Shown here one piece after another: positions 7,468 through 15,647 of a stretch of 35,324 bases of DNA. The position numbers and the translations under genes are program-made. The notes beneath the pieces were generated by a model. It had not been told where the DNA came from, ran no database searches, and saw only the letters and a program-made list of their open reading frames with translations. The stretch's first letter is position 1. Every line of letters starts with the position of its first letter. The stretch spans positions 1 through 35,324 of the IMG/VR virus record IMGVR_UViG_3300048083_000047; one strand, written 5' to 3'. This DNA is from a virus (lineage: Duplodnaviria > Caudoviricetes).

Positions 7468-7922
7468 GCGAATCCTCCACCGAACAACTGATCGCCCAGG
7501 CCCGCGACGTGTCCCAGGTCTACCTCTCGGAGAAGCGGCCCTTCACGGCGGACCTGCTCGACGCCCTGGCCGATCGCCTGGCTTCGCACCAGGCGGTGTT
7601 GTTCAGCGACGACGCGGCCGCCATCGGCCGGGCCGCCCTGGCAATGACGCGGGCGGCGAACCGGGGGTGGGCGCTGCACCTGTCCCGCGTCCCGCCGGCA
7701 CTCTTCGAGGGCGGCGAGCTGAAGAAATTCAACGGCGGCTACTGGTGTGGAGTGGACGACGAGCATGGCTGCCGCACCGGCGGGGCGATCGAGGCGACGC
7801 TGGAGGAGGCCGTCGCCGCCGCGGTGGCCCAGGCCGAGCAGTGTCGGGCCGACCAGGACCGGAGGCGGGTGGAGCAACTCGCTGCGGAGACCACCGCCGC
7901 AACGCAGGGAGACGCGCCGTGA
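7464..7922 (+). CDS. Hypothetical protein (152 aa)
   Basis: AAGGAG SD, ATGA overlap, coding-like codons. Confidence 0.7.
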   Translation: MSESSTEQLIAQARDVSQVYLSEKRPFTADLLDALADRLASHQAVLFSDDAAAIGRAALAMTRAANRGWALHLSRVPPALFEGGELKKFNGGYWCGVDDEHGCRTGGAIEATLEEAVAAAVAQAEQCRADQDRRRVEQLAAETTAATQGDAP

Positions 7923-8155
7923 CCCTGCTGGCCGACCTGATCCTCCGCAGCGACATCGTCCCGTTTCGTCTGGAGCCGGGCGTCGAGTACGCCACCACCG
8001 ACGGCGAGAGAGTCGTCTATGTGGGCCCGCACGCCGATCGCTTCGGCGCCTGGACGGGCAAGCTCCGCATGATGAGCGTGCGGTCGCACCAGGAGCGCGT
8101 GCTCACCTGGCGCAAGCTCGTGCCCCCCCCAGAAATCCCAGGAGCGATGCTGTGA
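7919..8155 (+). CDS. Hypothetical protein (78 aa)
   Basis: GGGAG SD, GTGA overlap; 3' part of track ORF 7367..8155. Confidence 0.6.
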   Translation: MTLLADLILRSDIVPFRLEPGVEYATTDGERVVYVGPHADRFGAWTGKLRMMSVRSHQERVLTWRKLVPPPEIPGAML

Positions 8156-8162
8156 ATGAGGG

Positions 8163-8543
8163 CTACGCCACATCGCGGCGGTGGCGGCCGCTCTCGGGAG
8201 CGTGGGCGGGGGCGACAACGCTGACGCGCAGATCGACGCCGACGGCCGCGGCGTACGCGGCCAGCGTCTTGAGCGTGGGGTTGCCGCTGGCCTTGGTGGT
8301 GGCTTCCAAGCGGCTGATGCTGGGACGGGGCGCGCCCATGCGCCGGGCGACCTCCTCGACCGTCAGCCCTGCGTCGTGGCGGGCCTGGATCAGGACGGCG
8401 ATCACCCGCGGCGTATTGGCGACCGAGGCGAACAGCTCGCGGGCTTGGGCCTTGGTCTGTTCCAGGTTCGCCTCTTCCTCCTGGTGGGCCTTGGCGAAGT
8501 GGGCTTCCTGTTCCGGTGTGAGCTTCCGTTGGGTTTTTTTCAT
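8163..8543 (-). CDS. XRE-family HTH protein, probable antitoxin
   Basis: LIQARHDAGLTVEEVARRMGAPRPSISRLE...NPTLKTLAAYAAAVG; directly downstream of a toxin-like gene. Confidence 0.85.
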   Translation of the reverse strand: MKKTQRKLTPEQEAHFAKAHQEEEANLEQTKAQARELFASVANTPRVIAVLIQARHDAGLTVEEVARRMGAPRPSISRLEATTKASGNPTLKTLAAYAAAVGVDLRVSVVAPAHAPESGRHRRDVA

Positions 8544-8547
8544 GGGT

Positions 8548-8784
8548 TCAATCCATCCGAAAAGCGGTGACGATCACGATCCAGTCACGATCAAGGTGCT
8601 CGTACACGACGCCGATCCGCTCGCCCGCGTCGTTCCAGCCGACAGCCATCGGACGATTGGAGGAGCGGGAGGTCACGCGCTTGGCGGGGTACATGGCGAC
8701 CCGCTCCACCTCGGCCTGAGTCAGCCCCCGTTGGCTGATCTTTTCCAGCGTTCCCTTCGCCCAACTAATCATCAGGTAAGGCAT
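8548..8784 (-). CDS. BrnT/DUF4258-like (RelE-fold) toxin (78 aa)
   Basis: W...LEKISQRGLTQAEVE...AVGWNDAGERIGVVYE...IVIVTAFR pattern; small gene upstream of an HTH gene. Confidence 0.7.
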   Translation of the reverse strand: MPYLMISWAKGTLEKISQRGLTQAEVERVAMYPAKRVTSRSSNRPMAVGWNDAGERIGVVYEHLDRDWIVIVTAFRMD

Positions 8785-8790
8785 GCACAT

Positions 8791-8818
8791 ATGGTAACAT
8801 AAACGATACGGCGGTCAA
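8791..8818 (-). promoter_or_regulatory. Sigma70 promoter of the TA operon (probably leaderless mRNA)
   Basis: Minus strand TTGACC (8818-8813), 16 nt, TGn-TACCAT (8796-8791); ATG 8784 lies 7 nt downstream with no SD. Confidence 0.6.
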
Positions 8819-8873
8819 GGGGGTGCGGTTCGATTTTCCGATTTTTCGCGTGGTTTTCGCCGTTATTGACCTG

Positions 8874-10004
8874 ATGAACGCAGCGATCCAGACCATTATC
8901 GACGCCCCGACCTTCGACCGCGCCCTGTGGGAGCGGTGGCTTATCGATGGCGACCGCTTGGCCCAGCTCACGCCGGCCGAGGCCAAGATACTGTGGGTCT
9001 TCGCACGGGCCGCCGACGGCGGCGGGGAGAGCTACTGGGGCAACGCCCGGCTGGCCCGGGCCATCGGGTATCAGGACAGCGACGGCTCGTGCAAGAGCGT
9101 CCGCCGCGCCGTGCGGCGGCTGGTGGAACGGGGCCTCGTCTGCATCACCAAGGCAGGCGGTAGCGGACCCCGCGACACCAACACCTACCGGATCGTCATG
9201 CCGCATCTGCACGACCATCCGGCCCAACGTCCCCGCCACGCGGGGGCCAGCATCCCGGCGGCACAGCCCGACCGGAGAAGCGCCGACGGGCCGCAGCCCG
9301 CGCCGCTCGTTTTTTTGCCCCAAGGGGGACACTGCTGTCCACCAAGGGGGGCACTGGCGTCCGCCAAGGGGGACACCAGAGTCCCCCAAAGGGTTGCCTT
9401 AAGGTCACCAGAGAAAAGCAGCAGCGCCACCGGTGCGCCCTCGGCGCGCCGAGCGGGTGGCTTCGGCGCCGAGGCTTGGTGGGACAGCGCCGACGCCACG
9501 GCCGCCGCCGCCGCCGTCGTTCTGGTCGAGACGGGCTGGTTCAACCGCCACGAGGCCGCGGGCCTGGTGCAGCACTACCGGCCCACAGCCGACCAGGTCC
9601 GCGTGGTGGTCGCCAACACCCTGGCCGGCATGGCCCGCAAGCACAACCCGATCGCCAACCCGCCCGGGTTCATCCGCTCCGAGGTCCGCCAGGGCCACTA
9701 CGACCCCGACCCGGCGGTCGAGCGGCAACAGCGACAGGCGGCCCAGCGGGCCCGCACGCAGGACCATGCGGTCGGCGCGGCGCGGGCGGCGGAGCAGCGC
9801 GAGGCCGACGACGTCCGCGTGTTCCTCGCCCTCACCCCCGCGCAGCGCGAGGGGTTGCGGCCGGCGGCGCTGACCCTGCTCGATCCCGGCCGCCGGGAGT
9901 ATTTCTCGAGGCGACCGCCGAATGATCCAGCCATGCGGCCACTGATCGCCGAGGCGGCGCGGCGGGCGGGGCTGGCCGCTCGCATCGAGGAGGCCGAGCG
10001 ATGA
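8874..10004 (+). CDS. Phage replication initiator (N-terminal wHTH, replisome-organizer type)
   Basis: LTPAEAKILWVF...SYWGNARLARAIG...VRRAVRRLVERGLV...TNTYRI; internal iterons; C-terminal IANPPGFI motif. Start uncertain (8823 GTG or 8874 ATG). Confidence 0.8.
   Translation: MNAAIQTIIDAPTFDRALWERWLIDGDRLAQLTPAEAKILWVFARAADGGGESYWGNARLARAIGYQDSDGSCKSVRRAVRRLVERGLVCITKAGGSGPRDTNTYRIVMPHLHDHPAQRPRHAGASIPAAQPDRRSADGPQPAPLVFLPQGGHCCPPRGALASAKGDTRVPQRVALRSPEKSSSATGAPSARRAGGFGAEAWWDSADATAAAAAVVLVETGWFNRHEAAGLVQHYRPTADQVRVVVANTLAGMARKHNPIANPPGFIRSEVRQGHYDPDPAVERQQRQAAQRARTQDHAVGAARAAEQREADDVRVFLALTPAQREGLRPAALTLLDPGRREYFSRRPPNDPAMRPLIAEAARRAGLAARIEEAER
9320..9393 (+). repeat. 3 x 22-bp tandem iterons plus a partial fourth; probable phage origin
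   Basis: CCAAGGGGGACACTGCTGTCCA / CCAAGGGGGGCACTGGCGTCCG / CCAAGGGGGACACCAGAGTCCC / CCAAAGGG, next to a T7 run (9310-9316). Confidence 0.8.
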
Positions 10005-10345
10005 GCGACTTCACCGCCGTCTTCGCCGACGGGCCGGCAAGCGGTGCCGCGTTGACGCTGGCCCGCGTGCCGCGTCTCCTGCGTGTGGTGATCGATGCCG
10101 CCGGCGAGGTCGACGCCCTGGACCAGCCCGAGGACCGGCCCCACCCTGACGAGCGGGTGTGCGTCTACGCGATCCGCCAGATGACGCGCTGCATCGTCTG
10201 CTGCCGCCAACGCCGAAATGGCCACCGCTGCAGCCGCAGCACCATCGTGCAGTACCAACACCACCCAGGGCCGACGCCGGGCAACCACGTGCTCCGCGAC
10301 ACCGCCGCTTGGGCCGAATGGATGAAACAGCAGGAGGATCGATGA
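10001..10345 (+). CDS. Hypothetical protein (114 aa)
   Basis: GGAGG SD; ATGA overlaps at both ends. Confidence 0.7.
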   Translation: MSDFTAVFADGPASGAALTLARVPRLLRVVIDAAGEVDALDQPEDRPHPDERVCVYAIRQMTRCIVCCRQRRNGHRCSRSTIVQYQHHPGPTPGNHVLRDTAAWAEWMKQQEDR

Positions 10346-11064
10346 ACCTGACCGAGCGTGAACAGAAGGCGGTGACTCGGGTGTTCGGCGCGGACCTGGC
10401 CAGGGTGATCCAGGACGGCGGTCTGGACCTGGGCAGCGAGGTCCAGCGGCTCAACGAGTTGACCGACGACGATCTGTCTAACTCGCTGCGCTGCGCCGGG
10501 GCGGCCCTGGGCCTGCTCCTGGCCGACATGCAGATGGTGACCCAGCGCGCGGCCACCATCGCCGCCGCCCTGGTCCACCGCCGCGAGCAAGCCCATGCGG
10601 GGCGGTTGGCCCAGGCCGAGGCAACCATCGCCGACCTGCGCCGGCGATTACGCGGGGCGATGGCGGCAGCCCCACCTCCGTCAGGCCCCGGCGGCGAGAT
10701 TCCCCCTCAGCAGCCCACGCCGGCACAGGCCGCATCCTCCGCCGCACCAAGCCGGCGCCAAGCCGACCCGGAGCGAGGTCCGCGCTGCACCCGCGCCCAG
10801 ATCAACGCGGCCATGCTGGAGATCAAACGCCCCGGCGTCGGCGGCCACACACTGGCGGCCGAACTAAACCGCCGCGGCCTGCGGACCCTCAGCGGCCTGA
10901 CGTGGACCGGCAAGCTGGCGTCGATGTGGCTGTACCACATGAAGCTGCGAGGAGAGATCGGCCCCGAGGCCTTCGCGCCACGGGGGCCAGAGGCTGATGG
11001 TAGAGTGAGGGTACACACCGAACGGGAGTCCGCTGATGGCCTCAGTCCAGTGGCAGCGGTTTGA
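10342..11064 (+). CDS. Coiled-coil protein with recombinase-type DNA-binding helix (240 aa)
   Basis: GGAGG SD; LAAELNRRGLRTLSGLTWT resembles the IAxxLNxxGxxTxxGxxW motif of serine-recombinase DNA-binding domains; no catalytic domain seen. Confidence 0.6.
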   Translation: MNLTEREQKAVTRVFGADLARVIQDGGLDLGSEVQRLNELTDDDLSNSLRCAGAALGLLLADMQMVTQRAATIAAALVHRREQAHAGRLAQAEATIADLRRRLRGAMAAAPPPSGPGGEIPPQQPTPAQAASSAAPSRRQADPERGPRCTRAQINAAMLEIKRPGVGGHTLAAELNRRGLRTLSGLTWTGKLASMWLYHMKLRGEIGPEAFAPRGPEADGRVRVHTERESADGLSPVAAV

Positions 11065-11413
11065 CGGGCTCTTGGGCCGCGTCGAGGATCACCTGGTCGC
11101 CGCCGCCGCCGGCTGCAGCGTCCAGGCGGTGTATCAGCGCCGCAAGGCGCTGGGCGTTCGAGCGTGCGACGCCCGCTCGGAGCCGGCCCCCGCCGACCTG
11201 GCTGCGGAACTCATGGGCGACGTCGCCAGGCTGATCGATTGGATGGACGGTAAGCTGACCTGGAAGGGGCTGGACCGGGCCATCGGCGTCCCGCCGGACA
11301 CGGCTCGGCGCTGGCGGTGCGGCGCCAGGCCCCTGCCGCAGTGGGCCGTGGCCCCCTTGCGGCGCTGGCTGGTCAAACACACGCCGGCGGACTATCCGCC
11401 GGCACCCCGGTAG
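11036..11413 (+). CDS. Double-HTH DNA-binding protein (125 aa)
   Basis: DHLVAAAAGCSVQAVYQRRKALGV and LDRAIGVPPDTARRWRCGARPLP; GGGAG SD. Confidence 0.6.
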   Translation: MASVQWQRFDGLLGRVEDHLVAAAAGCSVQAVYQRRKALGVRACDARSEPAPADLAAELMGDVARLIDWMDGKLTWKGLDRAIGVPPDTARRWRCGARPLPQWAVAPLRRWLVKHTPADYPPAPR

Positions 11414-11588
11414 CCGCACCGACCGTCACGCCGGAAACGAAAACCACACCTCCGCGCCTTGTGAAGGCGCACTGCAACGGATAGGATGAGGCCAGCGAGC
11501 GACGCGGTGCAGGAGTGCGCCGCGTTGTTTCATTTCGGGAACGCCTCGCCACATCAAATAACCGCGCCCGTCGCTCGCGGGTGCCCTC

Positions 11589-11622
11589 GCCGCCGCCCAC
11601 CCCGCCCGGGCGGCGGCCTTTT
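11589..11622 (+). terminator. Terminator-like hairpin in the late-gene leader
   Basis: 10-bp GC stem GCCGCCGCCC/GGGCGGCGGC followed by CTTTT. Confidence 0.45.
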
Positions 11623-11715
11623 ACGCGCCGCCGGGCCTGGGGCCGGATGGCCAAGCGGACGCCACGCCCGCCATACATCTCACCGTAGCCCGCATCACCC
11701 ACCCCGGAGCATGCC

Positions 11716-12303
11716 ATGCTGACCGCCATCGCTCAGGCCGACGCGATCCAGGCCGTGGACCTCACTGTTTACCTGGGAACCGTGGCCGGCATCGCCCTGG
11801 CCACGATGATCCTGGTGGAAGGCGTCAAGCGTGTCGTCGTCTCCGTGCCGATCGCCAAAGACTTGCCCACGTTCCTGTACGCCATCGTGTTGGCCCTGGG
11901 GCTGACTGCTCTGTCGATCGCGCTGGGGGTGTTCGAGACCCCGCCCACGACCGGCCGGGAGTGGGCCCTGCTGCTCATCCAGGCCGCCGTCACGGCCGCC
12001 GTCGCTTCCGGGGCCCGCGAGTGGGTCACGAAGGGGGCGACCACGCCGGCGTCGAGTGCGGCCGGCAAGGCGCTGCTGCTCGCCTGCATCCTGGCCGCGG
12101 GCTTGACCGGCTGCGCTTCCGTCGGAGAGGTCTCGTTCATCGAAGCCTCCGGGGCGTATCACGCGAGCAAAGCCGACGATCTGGACGCGCTGCGGCAAAG
12201 CGAACTCCTGAGTGCCGACGAACTGCAGTCCAGGGTCGAGCGCGACGCGGCCTTTGGCGAGGCGATCGCCGCCCGCCGCCGGGCCATCGGCCTGACCCAG
12301 TAA
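11716..12303 (+). CDS. Holin-like multi-TM protein fused to a lipobox-containing domain
   Basis: Three hydrophobic helices with VEGVKR and AVASGARE holin-like motifs, then KALLLACILAAGLTGC lipobox. Confidence 0.55.
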   Translation: MLTAIAQADAIQAVDLTVYLGTVAGIALATMILVEGVKRVVVSVPIAKDLPTFLYAIVLALGLTALSIALGVFETPPTTGREWALLLIQAAVTAAVASGAREWVTKGATTPASSAAGKALLLACILAAGLTGCASVGEVSFIEASGAYHASKADDLDALRQSELLSADELQSRVERDAAFGEAIAARRRAIGLTQ

Positions 12304-12349
12304 TGACCATTCGCCGGGGCTGAAGCCGCCCCGCGCGCCGGAGCCAACC

Positions 12350-12640
12350 ATGATCATCGACTTCGAACGGACCGTGGCCGAGCAGATGGTGGACCTCCTG
12401 GACGGCCTTAACGAGGTGGTGCGGCCGCGGGCCGAGCAGGCTGTGCAGCGGATCGCGTTCTACGCCCAGTCGGCCATCATGGACGGAGACGCCGAACGCT
12501 TGGCCGCCAACGTGCGGGCCGAGGTCTCGACGCTGGCGTCGCTGACGTCGATCGCTGTGTCGCAAGCCGAACACCAGATCAAGGCGGCTCTGGTCGAGGT
12601 CTTGGGCATGGTGGTCAACACCCTGTTGGCCGCGGCGTGA
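12350..12640 (+). CDS. Hypothetical helical protein (96 aa), hydrophobic C-terminus
   Basis: GGAG SD, coding-like codons. Confidence 0.7.
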   Translation: MIIDFERTVAEQMVDLLDGLNEVVRPRAEQAVQRIAFYAQSAIMDGDAERLAANVRAEVSTLASLTSIAVSQAEHQIKAALVEVLGMVVNTLLAAA

Positions 12641-12643
12641 TCG

Positions 12644-13210
12644 ATGCGCAGAATCATCGATCATGCCGAGCGCGTGCGCCGGGCGGCGACGCTGGCCACC
12701 GACAAGTACTGCACGCCCGGCAACGTCGTGGACCTGACCAACATTGCGATGAGCGGGGTCCGCTACACGGCTCCGATGGACGACGACGACGCATGGCAAA
12801 CGATTGCCCTCTACCTGTGGAACTACAAGCTGGGCGCGCTGCGCGGCCAAGCGATTCGTCACGCCCGGGTGTACCTGTTTCAGCGGCTGGACTCGCTGCG
12901 GATCAGGAACCGGGCGCGGTCGATCGACGCGGCTGGAGTCAGAGGCTTGGCCATGCTGGCCGACGAGCCGGATCGTGATCTCCCCTCGGAGATTCAAGAG
13001 GCGCTGGAGGCCACGCGGACCCAACTGAACGCCGGAGATCGACAGGTGCTCGAGCGACTGTACGGATTGTGCGGCCGGGAGGCCGTAACGGAAAAAGAAC
13101 TGGCCGGGACGCTGGGCGTCAAGCGACAGGACGTGAACTACATCAGACGCCGGTCGCTCACCAAGCTCCGTTTGTACCTACAACCCCCCACCTCGGAGTC
13201 CGCAGCATGA
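12644..13210 (+). CDS. Sigma70-family factor (degenerate region 2 plus region 4)
   Basis: KY..G..DL...GV region-2-like segment; LNAGDRQVLERLYGL...TEKELAGTLGVKRQDVNYIRRRSLTKLR region-4 HTH. Confidence 0.78.
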   Translation: MRRIIDHAERVRRAATLATDKYCTPGNVVDLTNIAMSGVRYTAPMDDDDAWQTIALYLWNYKLGALRGQAIRHARVYLFQRLDSLRIRNRARSIDAAGVRGLAMLADEPDRDLPSEIQEALEATRTQLNAGDRQVLERLYGLCGREAVTEKELAGTLGVKRQDVNYIRRRSLTKLRLYLQPPTSESAA

Positions 13211-13746
13211 AACGCCCCACCGCCGCCTCGATCCTGTTGTTGATCGCCGTCATCGTCCTGGGACTGGTCTGGCCGGCCGCCGCCCAAGTGCCGGCCAGCT
13301 TCACGGCAATCCAGGTCATCACCGAGCACGACGGCCAGTCGCTTTCGACGTACACCTTCGACCCGACCGGCGGAGCCAAGACCGAGATCGACTTGCCCGC
13401 CGGCGGGCGCTTGGTCGTGGTCGCGTCGGACCAGGTGGAAGCGCTGGCCCAACAGATCGCCGCGCTGCGGACCGAGGTGGCACAGCTGACCGCCAAGATC
13501 GATGCCCTGCCAACGCCGATTGCCCCGCCGCCGGCGGGCCTTTTGGTTGATCTGGACGCGGCCACGTTGGAGGAGTTGGACCGGTCGCTGCCCTACGTCG
13601 GCCCGGCCACGGCCGCGGCCATCGTGCAGCTCCGCGACCTCAAGGGCGGCCGCTTTGATTCACCCTTCGACCTGACCTCCATCCGCGGCCTGACCTCGGA
13701 ACGCATCCAGGACTGGATCGACCAGGGCCTCCTGGTGCTGCACTGA
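13207..13746 (+). CDS. ComEA-like exported helix-hairpin-helix DNA-binding protein (179 aa)
   Basis: Signal peptide MKRPTAASILLLIAVIVLGLVWPAAA-Q; coiled coil; VDLDAATLEELDRSLPYVGPATAAAIVQLR..GGRFDSPFDLTSIRGL. Confidence 0.8.
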   Translation: MKRPTAASILLLIAVIVLGLVWPAAAQVPASFTAIQVITEHDGQSLSTYTFDPTGGAKTEIDLPAGGRLVVVASDQVEALAQQIAALRTEVAQLTAKIDALPTPIAPPPAGLLVDLDAATLEELDRSLPYVGPATAAAIVQLRDLKGGRFDSPFDLTSIRGLTSERIQDWIDQGLLVLH

Positions 13747-13774
13747 ACTCGTCTGAACTCGCCTGAACTCGTCT
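13743..13774 (+). repeat. 3 x 10-bp tandem repeat CTGAACTCGY
   Basis: CTGAACTCGT CTGAACTCGC CTGAACTCGT CT. Confidence 0.85.
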
Positions 13775-13805
13775 CCCAACCACCAACCCCACGAAAGGGT
13801 TTCCC

Positions 13806-14204
13806 ATGCGGGTACGCAATCTCTCCGGCGCTCCGGACGACAGCCTCTACGCCGAGCAGCTCAACCTGGGCAGCGGCGACGCGGTCATCGTGGTCCTGTC
13901 CTGCGTGGCCAGCGGCGGCAAGCGGATCACGATCGTCAACGCGGTCGTGGCCGCCGACCGAACCTACACCATTCCCGAGGTCGGGGCGGACGCCGACCTT
14001 GTGATGTCCGCCGGTAACCAGACCATCGCCGGCACCAAGACGTTTTCCAGCGTGGCCATCGCGGCCGCCGGTGTCATCTCCTTCGGCACGGTCACCTTGA
14101 CCCGCAGCGGCAACAACCTCATCGCCGCTCTGCCCACCACCAATCCCGCCGTGGCCGGGGCACTGTGGAGCGACAGCGGGACGGTCAAGGTTTCGGCTGG
14201 TTGA
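13806..14204 (+). CDS. Putative virion fibre/decoration protein (132 aa)
   Basis: GNQTIAGTKTFSS fibre-type motif; C-terminal LPTTNPAVAGALWSDSGTVKVS motif seen in phage structural proteins; GAAAGG SD. Confidence 0.55.
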   Translation: MRVRNLSGAPDDSLYAEQLNLGSGDAVIVVLSCVASGGKRITIVNAVVAADRTYTIPEVGADADLVMSAGNQTIAGTKTFSSVAIAAAGVISFGTVTLTRSGNNLIAALPTTNPAVAGALWSDSGTVKVSAG

Positions 14205-14246
14205 TCGCGCGGATCAGGATCGCCACCCGGGCCGGAGAAACAGGCC

Positions 14247-15647
14247 GTGAACACATCCGTCCCCACCGCTCGCGGGTTGCTGCGGTCGGCTGTCCGCATC
14301 TGGTCCGACGCGGAAGCTCCCTCGGTTGCCTCCGATTCCACCCACGGCTACAAGGCGGGCGATGTATGGCTGCTGACCACCACATCGCCGACGACGGTGT
14401 ACCAATGCCTGTCCGCCGCGACCGGGGCGGCGGTGTGGCGGGTGGTAGTTACGGGCAATGCCGACGGTAATCTTGAAGGCCCCATCGTCTCCCGCGACTC
14501 CAATGACCCTCAGACCGGCGGCGGGAATGAGGATGTCCCGCTGGAAGGCGAACTGGTGACGCGGGGCGGTGTGCTGGCCGTTGGTGATGGTTCGACGATA
14601 GGCGGGCTGCCCTACACACTAGCGTCGAGCCTGTACCCGCTGGACAAGGGATTCGTCAAGCCCAGCGGTGGCTTCGCATTCGTCACTCGGAGTAACGCTA
14701 CGGTGATGTTCACCTGCGAGGTCACCAACAGTGGAACCTACACTGTCATTTGGTGGGACGGCACGCGGGAAGTGGTGGCCACGGGCGAGTTGGCCAGCAA
14801 AACTCCCACGGCCAACTCGGACCCCAAGTTGGTCAAGGTGTTTCCGACGTTGCTTACCAACGCCATCACCGTAGTCACTGTGGATGCTCTCGGCGACGTG
14901 GATGCGATTGACTTCTCTGACATGCCGCTACTGACTAATTTCGCGGATACCGGCGCGACCATCCATCATTCCCGCCATCTCGATCTGACTCGCCTGCCTG
15001 CTCTTGAGACGTTGATAATGGGGAATCTATCCGAAATGACCATCGACACGGATGGCTGCCCCAGCATTACGATAATCACGTTCTACACGAGCAGCGAAGA
15101 AAAGGTTCGAGCGATCCTCCGTGGCCGGGACTGGGAGAACATCGCCACAGGCGAATGCTCCCTGATTGACCTGACGGACTCTGACCTGTCGTCGGTGAGC
15201 TTCTACTTCTCGTACCAAGGATTTTATCCCGCCGAGCGGGTCATCCTCGATCGCTGTGTGCTGACTCAGGATGCGTTCATACTTATCACGGGGTCAGCCG
15301 TGCGAGTCAGCGCCCGTTACTGCACGGGGGTGGACTACATCACGACTCAGTATCCGTTCCCCACCACCCACCTGGACCTGTCCGGCAGCACCGGATTGCA
15401 TGGGTTCAGTTTCGCCGGTAACGGCATCGCGTTAGAATCCCTTCGGGCCGTTGGTTTGTCGCTGACGACGGCCACCGATGACACCTACATCGGTAACATG
15501 GCCCTGTCCGCCGAGGCCCTCGATCAATTCTTCACTGATTTGGCCACTGGCACGGCCACGATCTATGTGGCCGGTAATCCTGGGGCCGCCACATGTGATC
15601 CGTCCATCGCCACGGCCAAAGGCTACACGGTGGTGACCACAGCATGA
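14247..15647 (+). CDS. Putative receptor-binding protein: Mtd-N-like motif plus leucine-rich repeats (466 aa)
   Basis: GYKAGDVW...YQCLSAATGAAVW; EGELV...VGDGSTIGG; LRR-like IDFSDMPLLTNF, LDLTRLPALETL, LDLSGSTGL; C-terminal NPGAATCDPSIATAKGYTV. Confidence 0.55.
   Translation: MNTSVPTARGLLRSAVRIWSDAEAPSVASDSTHGYKAGDVWLLTTTSPTTVYQCLSAATGAAVWRVVVTGNADGNLEGPIVSRDSNDPQTGGGNEDVPLEGELVTRGGVLAVGDGSTIGGLPYTLASSLYPLDKGFVKPSGGFAFVTRSNATVMFTCEVTNSGTYTVIWWDGTREVVATGELASKTPTANSDPKLVKVFPTLLTNAITVVTVDALGDVDAIDFSDMPLLTNFADTGATIHHSRHLDLTRLPALETLIMGNLSEMTIDTDGCPSITIITFYTSSEEKVRAILRGRDWENIATGECSLIDLTDSDLSSVSFYFSYQGFYPAERVILDRCVLTQDAFILITGSAVRVSARYCTGVDYITTQYPFPTTHLDLSGSTGLHGFSFAGNGIALESLRAVGLSLTTATDDTYIGNMALSAEALDQFFTDLATGTATIYVAGNPGAATCDPSIATAKGYTVVTTA

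Noticed and set aside
9320-9393. Possible CRISPR array
   Set aside because: Units are contiguous 22-mers without unique spacers, and there are no cas genes; iterons fit better.
12303-12323. MTIRRG minigene after the holin-like gene
   Set aside because: It does not reach the next start, which has its own SD; likely chance.
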